Origin: Candidatus Hydrogenedentota bacterium
GTDB lineage: Bacteria; Hydrogenedentota; Hydrogenedentia; Hydrogenedentales; JAEUWI01
Assembly: GCA_034669905.1 (NCBI GenBank)
Contig: JAXMOL010000016.1
Span: 1-64,000, forward strand
DNA length: 64,000 nt
Direction of reading: 5' to 3'
Positions 30,812 to 41,467 of the stretch are shown here, piece by piece (the stretch's first letter is position 1; every line of letters starts with the position of its first letter). Below the pieces are notes generated by a model that saw only the letters and a list, made by a program, of their open reading frames with translations, was not told the origin of the DNA and ran no database searches. Both the position numbers and the translations under genes were made by a program.

Positions 30812-33763
30812 CTATTCCGTACTGGACCGGATGGCCTCCAGAATCGCGGAGGGCTGGGCGGATATGTCCACCGTCACATCGAGCGATTTGCTCTCGAGGC
30901 GCGCGATGCCCACGATGAGGCCGTCTTCCATCCCCAACTCGAGGATCGCCCGGTCAAAGGGGCGCTGTTCATCCTCGCCGATAACTTTTTCGATGATTTT
31001 CTGCACCGACTTGTTGCCCACGGCATCGTTCACATATTGGGACATGAGAATCTGGCGAACCATGCTGCGATTCAGCGTGAGGCCCTCGGTGGCCTCCATA
31101 TCCACATCCAGCGCCTCCAGCCCCTCGGTGGAAACCGTCATGGTCACCGTCCCCCCCACGATACCCGTCAGCACCACGTCGGGCGGCTCAAAGGTCTTCG
31201 TAAATTCTTTGAGGTCAATACGGGCCACCCGTAAATCCGCCTTCGTCTTCCACGCCGGATCGCGATAGTCCAACGTACCATCCAGCTTAACTGTCCCCCC
31301 TAGAAAGGTCGTCTCCAGGCCTTCGCAGTACAACTGTGTCGGGTCCAGTCGCAATCCCGTTTCCACGGCACCAAAAGGCATGCCGTAGATAGTGGCTGAC
31401 GTGGCCGCGACCTTTCCCTTCCCATCCTCCTCGTTGCCCGGATTGTAGGTGCCCGTGGTGACGAGTCCATTCAATTCCGCCATCTCGTCGGGTAACGCGA
31501 GAAACTCCGCGGCGATGTCCCAGCGGGTCTGGCCCCCAAAGTCTCCTTCCGAAAAGGTTAATTTCTCACTGCTCAGTGTGGCACGCCCTTCCCGGACCGC
31601 CGTGATCGCGCCAAAGGACTTCAACAACTCCAGATCGCTCTGCAGCACCAACGGCGTTGCCGTCATCCTGAACGGCGACGTATCCGTCGGCATGTCCATG
31701 TGGAAGGCTTCCATCTGAAGCATGGTGCCCTCGTCAATCCGGGCGTTGCCCGGCGTAAAGGAAAGTCGGCGGGCGTCATAGTCATAGGCCAGGTTGCCAT
31801 CGAGGGTGAGGGTGCTGCCATAGGGCACGCTCCAGTCATCCGTGTAACCCAGGTCGCTGGAAGAAGCCGTGAACCCGGAGAGGATAAAGGCCTTATCGTC
31901 GATCTGGATTCCCCCGGCGATATCCGCGTTGCCATAGAGGGAGGCCAACTCAAAAAGGGTCGCCACGGCATCGAGCGAAAGATGGGTTTCGGCGGCCGCC
32001 ACCACCTTCATGGAATCAGTCCCCATCTGCCAATCATTGGCCACGAGGTCAATAACCGACTCCTGGGCGAAATGCAGCTTTTTCCCCCGCACATGGCCCG
32101 TCTCCAGGTTATAGTTCATACGCCCGGATATCGTGGTGGGTCCGTCACCGGGCAGCACCAGGGTGTCATAGCCCAGGCCCATACCCGTGAGTGCCACATC
32201 GATGTCCAAGGGACCTTCCGGCGGCACCTCCACGTCCACCTGTCCCGTCAGTGCACCGCTCAGTCCAGGCACCATCTCCTTTCCGAGCAGCCCTTCGGTC
32301 CAGGCATTCACCACCACGTCGCTGAGCGTGTTCTTCGTCTTTAGCGCGCTCCCGAGCATGCCCGACACCGTCGTCTTCACGGTGGCCTTGTTCAGCGTCA
32401 GTTCCGTGTCCACCGTCAAGGCCTCCCCTTCCGGCGTGGCGGTCAATTGGAGCGCCAGGGGAATTTCCAGGGTATCATCGGCAAAGCGCGCATCGAGGGT
32501 CGCGGTCACATCCAACAGGTCAGGCGCCTGCACCACGGACACGGTACCGCCCAGCCCATTGAGGGGGGCAAGAACGTCGAAGGCACCCCGATAGGCCTCG
32601 GGCAGTAAGGCCTGGATCACCCCCTTGGGCCAGGGCGGGAGTTCCACCGTTCCCGTGACCCCGTCATCGGCCACCGTGACCTGGCCGTTCAGGGCCAGGC
32701 CCTCCTCCAGCGTCAACTGCCCTTCCACCGACGTGCTGTCTCCATAGCTGCCATGGAGCGCCATCTGAAGGGGGCCTTCATAATAGGGGGCGGCATCGGG
32801 ACCGATAGACACGCGAGAAACCGTACCATCGAGCTCCGCCGCATCGACCCGCAGGCCCGACTCCAGGGCATGGAGTCCAAGACGTACATCCGAAAGGGAC
32901 AAGGTGTCAAAGCGAATCGGTGTAGGGAGGTGCTCCACGAGTATGGCCGACCACAGCGGATCATCCAATACCGCCACAGGCACCGTGACATCCAGGTAAG
33001 GCGCGCCATCCCGGGTGGAGAGGGCCAGCTGGCCTTCGAGTTGGGCAAGGCGGCCAAAGTCCATCTCCGTGGACACGGCCACATCCGCGCCCTTCCAATC
33101 GAGTTCCAGCTTCAAACGCCCCACGTGGGACTGGGGACCACCGGGCATCAATTCGGAGCGCCATGCAATAGCCAGTTCTTCCGCCCCAAAGGAGAGGTGG
33201 CCCGCTTCCAGACCATAGAGTCGGGCGGCTGCCGCCAGGTTGTCCATTCGCACTTCGTAGCCCGGATACTGAATCTCGGCCCAAAGGTCGTTTACCCGGA
33301 CATTCTCCGGTATCCAAGGGGCCACGTCCAGGTCGGGATTCGCCGGGGCGGTCAACAGGTCATAGAGGAATTGATAGTTGTTGCCACTGCCCCCGCCACG
33401 GAGGGACAACTGCACCCCGTCCAATTCCATCGACGGAATATGACGCGGTGCGTCGGGCTCCCAGCGATATTGGGTTGCGATGGAATCTACCCGGACCAGG
33501 GGCGCATAGAGCCGGGCCGCCTGGTCTGTGAGTGCCAGGGAATGAATTACCAGGGGATTCCGGAGGGTTACGCCACCGACGTGTACATCCGCCTTCAGTT
33601 GCGACGCAAACAAACGCTGAAGGGCCTCCCGTTGGGGAATCCCTGTCCCCAGGAGCCCCACCACCAACACCACCAACATAATGGGCACCAGGAGCATCCA
33701 CAGAAGCACCCGGCGACACCCGCGCCCCCGCCGGGATTTTTCCTTCGCTGACATGGTAGACAT
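30812..33763 (-). CDS. AsmA-like/YdbH family intermembrane bridge protein
   Basis: Basic N-terminus, single TM, ~900 aa beta-rich periplasmic region, FLGGTV motif, directly upstream of the YnbE/YdbL-like gene. Confidence 0.7.
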   Translation of the reverse strand: MSTMSAKEKSRRGRGCRRVLLWMLLVPIMLVVLVVGLLGTGIPQREALQRLFASQLKADVHVGGVTLRNPLVIHSLALTDQAARLYAPLVRVDSIATQYRWEPDAPRHIPSMELDGVQLSLRGGGSGNNYQFLYDLLTAPANPDLDVAPWIPENVRVNDLWAEIQYPGYEVRMDNLAAAARLYGLEAGHLSFGAEELAIAWRSELMPGGPQSHVGRLKLELDWKGADVAVSTEMDFGRLAQLEGQLALSTRDGAPYLDVTVPVAVLDDPLWSAILVEHLPTPIRFDTLSLSDVRLGLHALESGLRVDAAELDGTVSRVSIGPDAAPYYEGPLQMALHGSYGDSTSVEGQLTLEEGLALNGQVTVADDGVTGTVELPPWPKGVIQALLPEAYRGAFDVLAPLNGLGGTVSVVQAPDLLDVTATLDARFADDTLEIPLALQLTATPEGEALTVDTELTLNKATVKTTVSGMLGSALKTKNTLSDVVVNAWTEGLLGKEMVPGLSGALTGQVDVEVPPEGPLDIDVALTGMGLGYDTLVLPGDGPTTISGRMNYNLETGHVRGKKLHFAQESVIDLVANDWQMGTDSMKVVAAAETHLSLDAVATLFELASLYGNADIAGGIQIDDKAFILSGFTASSSDLGYTDDWSVPYGSTLTLDGNLAYDYDARRLSFTPGNARIDEGTMLQMEAFHMDMPTDTSPFRMTATPLVLQSDLELLKSFGAITAVREGRATLSSEKLTFSEGDFGGQTRWDIAAEFLALPDEMAELNGLVTTGTYNPGNEEDGKGKVAATSATIYGMPFGAVETGLRLDPTQLYCEGLETTFLGGTVKLDGTLDYRDPAWKTKADLRVARIDLKEFTKTFEPPDVVLTGIVGGTVTMTVSTEGLEALDVDMEATEGLTLNRSMVRQILMSQYVNDAVGNKSVQKIIEKVIGEDEQRPFDRAILELGMEDGLIVGIARLESKSLDVTVDISAQPSAILEAIRSSTE

Positions 33764-33818
33764 TCACTCCCGTTCTGGCGACTGGAAAACGCGATTCGAT
33801 GGGTGGAAACGTGAAACG

Positions 33819-35258
33819 TTACTCGCTGGCCTCAGCGGCCGCCTCCTGAATCTTCAGCTGACCGATGATAGGCATAATCTTCGCCTGCTCAAAGAGATCG
33901 CCCTCGGCTAGCTTGATGTGGGTCACATCCGCGAGGGGCTGGTCAAAGGTGGGGTCCACATCGATCCACTTGCCGACCCAGACCTTGGCCCACTGGTGAA
34001 AGTAAAAGCCGGGTTCCGAACCCGAGACATAGACCAGGCCGGCCACTTCACGGGCGGGAAGGCCTGCCGCACGGGCCAGGGCGATAAAGAGAATGCTGTG
34101 TTCGGTACAGTCCCCTTCCAGGTGATCGAGCACTTCAATCGCATTGGTCAGTCGCGCCGAAAAGGTGCTGCGCATGTTGTCATGCACCCAGTCAGAGAGG
34201 AGCCGCGAAATCTTCAGGGTATTTGTTTCGTCCCCGATTATTTCCTTTGCCTTGGCAATAATCTTGGGGCTGTCACTCTGCACAAACTGGGTCGCCTTAA
34301 TCCAGGGCGAAACGGCTTCATCGGTAATGGGCACGTGGACCGGGGTGAAATCCTTCATGGCATAGCGACGCCCCTCAAAGAGATAGTAGCCATCGGCCGC
34401 TTCCACGGTCTGTCGCTCGTCATTAAACACGTGACCGCTATCCATGGGGCCACGAATTTCAAGGCGTAGGGTCGCGCGCTTCCGGGGGTTGGCAATGGGC
34501 GTAGTCACCATGGCCGCGTTGCTCACAATCACATCGTTGCTGTAGCTCACATCCTTGGCCAGATTCTCCGGCTCCAGGCGCATGGTGATCAGACCGGCCA
34601 CCTGATCTTCCAGCGTCGTGCCATCTTCCGCCACATAGGCGATCGATTCGACCCCCATCTGGGCAATGATGGTTTTCACCTTGAAGACCTTGGTATTCAC
34701 GCCATCAAATTCGCGCTCTTCCATGCCCTCGATGGTGCTGGTTCCGGTCAGCTCTTTCTTGTAGAGCGGCTCAAACACAGAAAACTGCATCGAGTTGCCC
34801 GCCTTGGGATTATCCAACACCAACTGGGAGAGCTTGATGGCATCCCGCAGGGATTCCTTGGGCTTGGGCAAGACCGTTTTCGTCTCCGCGCCGCCCACCA
34901 CGCTGGTGAGATGGAGTTCGTCTCCCCGCACTTCACCAAAGAAGGTATTCGTGCCGGCGGGGTCAACCACTTCAGAGGCGATGGTGAGCAAGGCGCCCTC
35001 GGGCGAATAGGTGCGCCGCGCCGTAATCCGCATGTCCTGCTTGATGTTGGCCATGGTGATCTGGAAACGGGCGTCTTCCGTGACCAGGATGGTGCCGTCA
35101 TCATTCCGTTCGACGCCGTTCACCGCGTAGCCGGCCTTCTGATTATTCATATAAACGCCGTACCAACTCGTCCCCAACAGGGACTCCACATCAATGGGTT
35201 GGGCAACGACGGCCTGAACGGACACGAGTAGGATAAGCAGTGCGCGGGCACATTTCAT
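33819..35258 (-). CDS. Secreted transglutaminase-like domain protein
   Basis: Signal peptide; GDCTEHS, HQW, VDPT Cys-His-Asp triad. Confidence 0.9.
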   Translation of the reverse strand: MKCARALLILLVSVQAVVAQPIDVESLLGTSWYGVYMNNQKAGYAVNGVERNDDGTILVTEDARFQITMANIKQDMRITARRTYSPEGALLTIASEVVDPAGTNTFFGEVRGDELHLTSVVGGAETKTVLPKPKESLRDAIKLSQLVLDNPKAGNSMQFSVFEPLYKKELTGTSTIEGMEEREFDGVNTKVFKVKTIIAQMGVESIAYVAEDGTTLEDQVAGLITMRLEPENLAKDVSYSNDVIVSNAAMVTTPIANPRKRATLRLEIRGPMDSGHVFNDERQTVEAADGYYLFEGRRYAMKDFTPVHVPITDEAVSPWIKATQFVQSDSPKIIAKAKEIIGDETNTLKISRLLSDWVHDNMRSTFSARLTNAIEVLDHLEGDCTEHSILFIALARAAGLPAREVAGLVYVSGSEPGFYFHQWAKVWVGKWIDVDPTFDQPLADVTHIKLAEGDLFEQAKIMPIIGQLKIQEAAAEASE

Positions 35259-35307
35259 ACGCTAAAACCTCCGACGTAACGTGCTACGTCTGTAATACGG
35301 CCTGGTC

Positions 35308-37188
35308 TCAACCGCCAACTGCCGGGCGGGTTGACGGGACCACATGCTGCTGGCCACCCCAAAGTGCGAGCACGAGCAGTGCCCACAGGTGATGGCCATA
35401 GTTTTCTTCGCCCTTCTGATGGGCCTGCCAGAGCTGCTCCACCACCCCCTTCTCCATCACGATGCCGTCGAGACGGTCACCACACAAAACTGTATCATAA
35501 AAGAGCTCCTTGAGGTCGTGACGCATCCACTGATGGATGGGCAGGGAGAATCCCCGTTTCCGTTGCATGAGGGCAGACGGTGGCAGCACCCCCTCCATGG
35601 CCTGCTTCAAAACCCGCTTGGATTGGCCCCGTTCATACTTCAACGCAAAGGGTAGGGTCGCCGCAAACTCCACAATACGGTGATCAAGCAACGGCACGCG
35701 GGCCTCCAACCCGTGGGCCATACTCATCCGGTCTACCTTGGCCAGGATGTCATCGGGCAGATAACGGTGGGTGTCCACCCGGAGCATACGCGTGCCCTCG
35801 TCCAGTGCCCCGCCACCGTCCCAGGATGCCGCGAATCCACGGTCCCCTTCCCGGGCCCCACCGAGCAGCGCAGTGCGTGTTTTTGCGTCGAAGCAGGTCA
35901 GCCGTCGCTGGAAGGCGTCCATCGGCGTGCGAAAACTGTCTTCCTGAAAGCGCCGGTAACGGTTCCAGCGGGCATTGCGGGGCAACAGGCCCAGGAGTGC
36001 ACCCACCCCCCGCCGAATAGGCGCAGGAACCTGACGGTATCGACTCGCCCGCAAGGCCATGTGGGTCCAGGTGTAGCCGGCGAAGAGCTCGTCTCCCCCA
36101 TCGCCCGAAAGGGCCACCGTCACCTGCTCCCGGGCCAGACGGGAAACCAACCACATGGGCAGCATGGAGGAATCGGCAAAAGGCTCGCCCATATGGGCCA
36201 CCAGTTCCGGCAACACGCTACTCAGGTCAGGCGATAAGACCGCCTCGTGGTGCTCCGTGCCAAAGCGCTCGGCCACGGCACGGGCATAGGCCAGTTCATT
36301 CGCCTCGGGGGCGTCGAAGCCGATACTGAAGGTCTTCAGCGGTGCGCTCCGTTGCTGACTCAAGGTGGCCACCACGGAACTGGAGTCGAGACCCCCGCTC
36401 AAAAAAGCCCCCAGGGGCACATCGCTGCGTTCCCGCAATCGTACCGAATCGTCGAGCAAGTGCCGCAATTCTTCCGCGGCACCAGCCAGGGTCCACTGGG
36501 CGTCTGGCGCATAGTCCAGCTTCCAATAGGGCTGTTCTTCCCACTCACCCCGCCGAAACACGAGACAATGGCCGGGCAGCAGCTTGGAGATGCCCTGATA
36601 AATCGTTTGGGGGGCCGGGATATACAGATACTGAAGGTAGTCGTGCAGGGCGTCCCGGTTGGTCGCCCTATCCGCCAGGCCCTGTTGGCACAAGGGCCCC
36701 ATTTCTGAGGAAAAGGCGAAGTTTCCCTGGTGCCACGCATAGAACAGGGGCTTGATACCCAGGCGGTCCCGGGCGAGGAGGAGGGTCTCCGTGGACTGGG
36801 TGTAGATGGCGGCTGCAAACATGCCGTTGCACCGGAAAAACACATCGACACCCCAGGCAGCGAAGCCCGCCAGCAAGACTTCCGTATCGCCGGAGGTGCG
36901 AAATCGATGGCCCATGCCCTCCAGGGTTTTCCGCAACTCCCGGTAGTTGTAGATCTCGCCGTTGTAGACGAGCACGTGATCACCATCGGCGCTGCACATG
37001 GGCTGGCGGTTCGCTTCACTGGTGTCGATAACACAGAGACGGCGATGGCCCAAATCTACTTGCGCGCTCTGCCAGGTGCCACCGTCGTCTGGTCCACGGT
37101 GGGCCAGGGCGTCATTCATGGACTGAATGATCGTGTCCCGGTTTTCGGGGGCGGCGTTTCGCCAGACGACCCCGTTGATTCCGCACAT
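35308..37188 (-). CDS. asnB: Asparagine synthase (glutamine-hydrolysing) family amidotransferase
   Basis: MCGI N-terminus, HRGPD, NGEIYN, LSGGLDSS, SGDGGDELF, KVDRMSMAHGLEAR. Confidence 0.93.
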   Translation of the reverse strand: MCGINGVVWRNAAPENRDTIIQSMNDALAHRGPDDGGTWQSAQVDLGHRRLCVIDTSEANRQPMCSADGDHVLVYNGEIYNYRELRKTLEGMGHRFRTSGDTEVLLAGFAAWGVDVFFRCNGMFAAAIYTQSTETLLLARDRLGIKPLFYAWHQGNFAFSSEMGPLCQQGLADRATNRDALHDYLQYLYIPAPQTIYQGISKLLPGHCLVFRRGEWEEQPYWKLDYAPDAQWTLAGAAEELRHLLDDSVRLRERSDVPLGAFLSGGLDSSSVVATLSQQRSAPLKTFSIGFDAPEANELAYARAVAERFGTEHHEAVLSPDLSSVLPELVAHMGEPFADSSMLPMWLVSRLAREQVTVALSGDGGDELFAGYTWTHMALRASRYRQVPAPIRRGVGALLGLLPRNARWNRYRRFQEDSFRTPMDAFQRRLTCFDAKTRTALLGGAREGDRGFAASWDGGGALDEGTRMLRVDTHRYLPDDILAKVDRMSMAHGLEARVPLLDHRIVEFAATLPFALKYERGQSKRVLKQAMEGVLPPSALMQRKRGFSLPIHQWMRHDLKELFYDTVLCGDRLDGIVMEKGVVEQLWQAHQKGEENYGHHLWALLVLALWGGQQHVVPSTRPAVGG

Positions 37189-37190
37189 AA

Positions 37191-38318
37191 TCAGGACCCT
37201 TGGTCGAGTTTATTCTGCAACAGCGTGTGGTAAAGCTGGCGATGTGCTTCGACCATGCGGTCCAGGGGAAGTTGCTCGCGAACCCACGCGCCCGCCGCAT
37301 TCCCCAACCGCTCCCGCCGTTCGGGATCGTCCAACAGGGCGCATACGGCGTCGGAAAAGGCCACGGCGGTCCGCTCTTCCAGCAGGACCCCCGTCATGTC
37401 ATTTTGGATGAGTTCGGGTATCCCACCGACCGGTGCCGCGACACAGGGCGTGCGCGACGCCATGGATTCCATGATGGCGTTGGGAAAGCCCTCCATCTTG
37501 GAGGTCAGGACCGTAACGTCGATGGCATGCAGGAGGTCAACCACTTCGCTGACCGTGCCCACCCGCGTAAAATGCTCTTCCAGGCGGCGGCGGTAGATCA
37601 TGGCGCGCATCTTATCGACAAGCTTACCGGTACCAATCAAGACAAAATGGACATCCTTGCGACGCGCCAGAATGTGCTGGGCCATTTCGAGAAACAACCG
37701 GTGATCTTTTACCGGACTGAAGTTGGCGATCATCCCCACGTTCAAGGTTTTGGGTGGCAACTTGAAGCGGGCCACAATCTGGGCCCGAGAAACACTCGAG
37801 ACGTAGTCGTCCGCCACCACACCATTGTGGATGACGCTGTAGTCGTTGCGGGAACGCCGCTCCTGTTTGGAAGCGTAGTCAGCCACCGCATGGCTGTTCG
37901 CGATGATGTGGTCCACATAACGATTGGCCCTGCGCTGAAAGAAACGGTGGCGCGCTTTCTGCCAGATGGCCAATTCGCGGCGGCTCGAGACGATGACCGG
38001 CACGCCCACGTTGCGGGCCGCCCGATTTGCAAAGAGGTCGAATCCAGACAGGTAGCTGTGCATCATGTGGGGCATGTGCGCCTGAAAAATGCGCTCCAGG
38101 CGGCGCTGTATCCGGAAGTCCCAACCCGTGGGCGAATCCAGCACGCGCACATAGGCCCCGGCCCGCCGTGCGTCTCCGATCAATGCACCTTCACTCCGGG
38201 TGCAGATGAGGGTCATCTCGAAATCATGTTGCAACCCCTTGAGCAGATGGAGCAATTGGATCTCGCTCCCCCCTACCCGCATGGTAGGAATCACCCAGGC
38301 AATTCGTGGCCGGGCCAT
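37191..38318 (-). CDS. Glycosyltransferase family 4
   Basis: GGSE N-terminal motif, KDH, EGFPNAIMESMA; start overlaps upstream stop (TGATG). Confidence 0.9.
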   Translation of the reverse strand: MARPRIAWVIPTMRVGGSEIQLLHLLKGLQHDFEMTLICTRSEGALIGDARRAGAYVRVLDSPTGWDFRIQRRLERIFQAHMPHMMHSYLSGFDLFANRAARNVGVPVIVSSRRELAIWQKARHRFFQRRANRYVDHIIANSHAVADYASKQERRSRNDYSVIHNGVVADDYVSSVSRAQIVARFKLPPKTLNVGMIANFSPVKDHRLFLEMAQHILARRKDVHFVLIGTGKLVDKMRAMIYRRRLEEHFTRVGTVSEVVDLLHAIDVTVLTSKMEGFPNAIMESMASRTPCVAAPVGGIPELIQNDMTGVLLEERTAVAFSDAVCALLDDPERRERLGNAAGAWVREQLPLDRMVEAHRQLYHTLLQNKLDQGS

Positions 38319-39364
38319 CAGTGCGACTCCAACAGCGAAAGCATTCGGGGCGCGGCCGCGTGCAGGGAAAAGCGGTCTTCCACCGTCGCCCGGGCCGCAG
38401 CGCCCAGGCGGGCACGCAGGGCGGGGTCGCGCAGGGCTTCCAGGGCGGCACGCCACTCTTCGGGCGTTTCGGCAAACCAGCCGTTTTCACCATGGGTGAT
38501 CATATCGGTTACCGCACCAAAGGGCGTGGCGATACAGGGGATACCTACAGCCATATAGAGGAGGGCTTTCAGGGCACACTTCCCCCGGGTCCACTCGTCT
38601 TGGGCAAGGGGCATAAGGCCCACGCTGAAGGATTGCAACAAACTGACCTCCGTGTCATAGTTCCACGTCGCGAATTCTGCTTTCGCCCAGTGTACCTCCT
38701 TTCTATCCGCTCCCGCCACCCGAAGCTCCCCCTCTGCGAGGCCCGCCAGCGCGGGGGCGATAAGCTGGAGGCTCCTGCTCGTGCTCGGTGCCCCCATCCA
38801 GCCCACCGTGAAGTCTTTCGGTGGGCTCGCCGCAGGGACGAAGCGCTCTGTGTCTACCACGGTCGGAAAGCAGGTCGCCGACCCGCCCACCTGGGCCACT
38901 TCATCGGCGAGCCAGGCATTCCCCGCCAACACGTGGTCGGCCCGCCCCATGAGTCGCGAAACCTGCGCGCGATCTTCCAGCGTGGACCAGGGGAAACGAA
39001 GGGGATGGGGTGGTGCCCGATGGACGGCATCGTCCATATCGAAGAGGAGCCGCTTGCTCTGGTGTATCAGAAGGCGGTCCATCCCCTGCAGGTAGGCCGA
39101 CATAACTGCCTTTTGAAGAAAGACAACATCGTAGTTTCGGGCGCTCAGGATCTGACGCAGGCGGCGGGGCGTTTCGTGGAAGTGGTACCAGAAGGCCCGG
39201 CCTTCCCGGTCCGGCCCGGTATGACGACGCCAGACCGCCTCGGTCGTAGGCGCCAACACGGTACAATCCAGCCCGTGGGCACGCAGATACGGCAGAAACT
39301 GATGAACCCGATAGCGCGGACTCGCCGCGACCTCTGGATAAAGAGTCAGAAAGAGTACCTTCAT
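38318..39364 (-). CDS. Glycosyltransferase family 4
   Basis: ASPRYRV, FDMDDA, VGWMG, GKCALKALLYMAVG. Confidence 0.88.
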   Translation of the reverse strand: MKVLFLTLYPEVAASPRYRVHQFLPYLRAHGLDCTVLAPTTEAVWRRHTGPDREGRAFWYHFHETPRRLRQILSARNYDVVFLQKAVMSAYLQGMDRLLIHQSKRLLFDMDDAVHRAPPHPLRFPWSTLEDRAQVSRLMGRADHVLAGNAWLADEVAQVGGSATCFPTVVDTERFVPAASPPKDFTVGWMGAPSTSRSLQLIAPALAGLAEGELRVAGADRKEVHWAKAEFATWNYDTEVSLLQSFSVGLMPLAQDEWTRGKCALKALLYMAVGIPCIATPFGAVTDMITHGENGWFAETPEEWRAALEALRDPALRARLGAAARATVEDRFSLHAAAPRMLSLLESH

Positions 39365-40287
39365 GGCGCGCCGCTCAATCCAAGACGTTCAAAAGCGGCA
39401 TCGGATACGGCCGCTACTGAAATCGACGCCAGGCAACTGGGGTGACCCAAAGGACACGCCCCCGGTGGCCCGACCACTTCCGCATGATTCCAGAATCCGC
39501 TACAGGCATCGGTGCTTCGCAGGGCAGTAAAGTCCGGGTCATCCCGAATCAGGATATCCGGATCCGTCGGCCCGAAGAGGGCGACAACCGGCGTATCAAC
39601 GGCGCGGGCCACATGCATCAGGCCCGAATCGCAACACACCGCCAGGTCGGCGGCATGGAGCACGCGGGCCGCTTCTTCCACCGTGGTCTGACCGGTCAAA
39701 TCCCAGCCGCAGGGCAGGCCTTCGCCCGTCTGCCCCAGCACGACCACACGGCAACCCCGGGCGGTCAACTGGTCTCCCAGCGCCTTCCAATGACTTCGAG
39801 CCCAGCGTTTCGTCGGCCAGGAAGCACCGGGTGCCAAGGCAACAAGCGGCCCCTTTCCCAAGGGGATACGGAGATGGGGCGGCATAGACGTGTCGCTCAA
39901 GTGAATCTGGGGACGGGCCGCCGGCACGGGAACCCCCGCCTTATCGCAATATACCTTCAGACGGTGCTGAAGTCGAGAAGCGCCCCGGAGCAGCAGGTAA
40001 CGATCCACCACGGCAGGCGGCGCTTCACTCACCTGCACATGGGGGTGGTCCCGAAATAGAATCGGATAGTTGCTGAGCAGATACACCCGCGTGCGGGGAT
40101 AGCGTCGGTGGAGGGCTTCGAATACCGGCAGGGCCATCACTTCATCACCAAGCCGCCAGTTGAGCTCCACGAGCATCGTGCGCTCCGTGCCCCGGAGCCC
40201 TTTCCACCACCAACGAAAGGCGCGGGCGACGCGCTGTAGCCGCCGCTGCACGGGGCCGAACTGCTCTTCGTAGCTGGTACTTTTCAA
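39361..40287 (-). CDS. Glycosyltransferase family 9 (heptosyltransferase-like)
   Basis: LGDEVM, PGASWPTKRW, DSGLMH, ALFGPT. Confidence 0.9.
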   Translation of the reverse strand: MKSTSYEEQFGPVQRRLQRVARAFRWWWKGLRGTERTMLVELNWRLGDEVMALPVFEALHRRYPRTRVYLLSNYPILFRDHPHVQVSEAPPAVVDRYLLLRGASRLQHRLKVYCDKAGVPVPAARPQIHLSDTSMPPHLRIPLGKGPLVALAPGASWPTKRWARSHWKALGDQLTARGCRVVVLGQTGEGLPCGWDLTGQTTVEEAARVLHAADLAVCCDSGLMHVARAVDTPVVALFGPTDPDILIRDDPDFTALRSTDACSGFWNHAEVVGPPGACPLGHPSCLASISVAAVSDAAFERLGLSGAP

Positions 40288-40300
40288 CGATGGCTCCCGG

Positions 40301-41467
40301 TCAATCGTGATTCAGGCGGCCATAGACCTCGGCAAGGCGGGCGGCATAGGTATCCAGATCGAAGCGGCGGCGGGCCACTTCCAGGCCTTTCTCAACGCAG
40401 GCCTCTTCCAGCAGGGGATCGGCAATCAAACGGGTCAGGGCCTCGTGGAGCGCAAAGAAATCATTGGGCTGACACAGGAGCGCGCTGTCTTCCACGATTT
40501 CCGGGATGGCGCCGCTGTGGGTCGTGACGACCGGCGTACCGCAGGCCATGCTTTCCATGAGGGACATTCCAAACTGCTCCTGCCAGGTCTCGGTCGCAAT
40601 GCTGGGCAACACGAAGGCATCGGCGCTCTGAAAGAGGGTGGGCATTTCGTCATAGGGACGGGAACCCACAAAGTGGCAATGTTCCATGACATTCAACCGG
40701 CGGGCCAAACGCTCGACACGCTCTTTACCGGGCCCGGAACCCACAACGACGAGCTGAATTCTATCCGCTGTCGGCGAGGCCGCAATGAGCTCCCGCAAGG
40801 CCAGCAAGAGGAAATCAAGGCCTTTTCGGGGGAGAAGCCAGCCCACGAAGAGGATGACGAAGGCGTCCTCCTCCACGCCGAGGGCACTCCGGTCGCCGGG
40901 GCCTGGCTTGAAGCAGCTCAAGTCGACACCGGGGTCAATCACCGTTATCTTCTCCGGGTCGGCGCCTTCGATGACCAGCGTGCGGCGAGACCGCTCGGTG
41001 TGCACGATGAAATGGTCGGCCTCGGCGAGGGCCCGCGCTTTCCGTTCTCGAAAGCGCTCGGTACTTTCCATGTTGAAGGGAATGTTATCCCACACCATAA
41101 TGCAGACCGGAATGCCCCAACGCCGCTTGGCCTCCAGCGCTTCTTCGGTCCAATCGGTGAAGAGTTCCCAGGTCTGGATAATGTCGTAGCCTTCCAACGC
41201 ATCGTGAAAAGGCAGGATGTGGGGCGTGCGATTCCGATAGCGGTAGGTCAGCAGGTTGGACCAGCGCCGCCACAGGGGACCGGCCTGGTAGTCAAAATAG
41301 ATGGGCGTGGTATTCAGCCCGCTCGCATCGGCACCCCGCTCGGCAAAATACTGTTGGATCTCAGAATCCGCCCGGAAAGCCGTGACGTCGTAGTCGCTAC
41401 CCAACCGCGTGAAGGCCGCGAGGTGCCAGGGATTGAAGCGGTTGCCTTTGAGTACGGCCAACTTCAT
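40301..41467 (-). CDS. Glycosyltransferase family 4
   Basis: FVGWL..RKG, EQFGMSLMESMACG. Confidence 0.9.
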   Translation of the reverse strand: MKLAVLKGNRFNPWHLAAFTRLGSDYDVTAFRADSEIQQYFAERGADASGLNTTPIYFDYQAGPLWRRWSNLLTYRYRNRTPHILPFHDALEGYDIIQTWELFTDWTEEALEAKRRWGIPVCIMVWDNIPFNMESTERFRERKARALAEADHFIVHTERSRRTLVIEGADPEKITVIDPGVDLSCFKPGPGDRSALGVEEDAFVILFVGWLLPRKGLDFLLLALRELIAASPTADRIQLVVVGSGPGKERVERLARRLNVMEHCHFVGSRPYDEMPTLFQSADAFVLPSIATETWQEQFGMSLMESMACGTPVVTTHSGAIPEIVEDSALLCQPNDFFALHEALTRLIADPLLEEACVEKGLEVARRRFDLDTYAARLAEVYGRLNHD

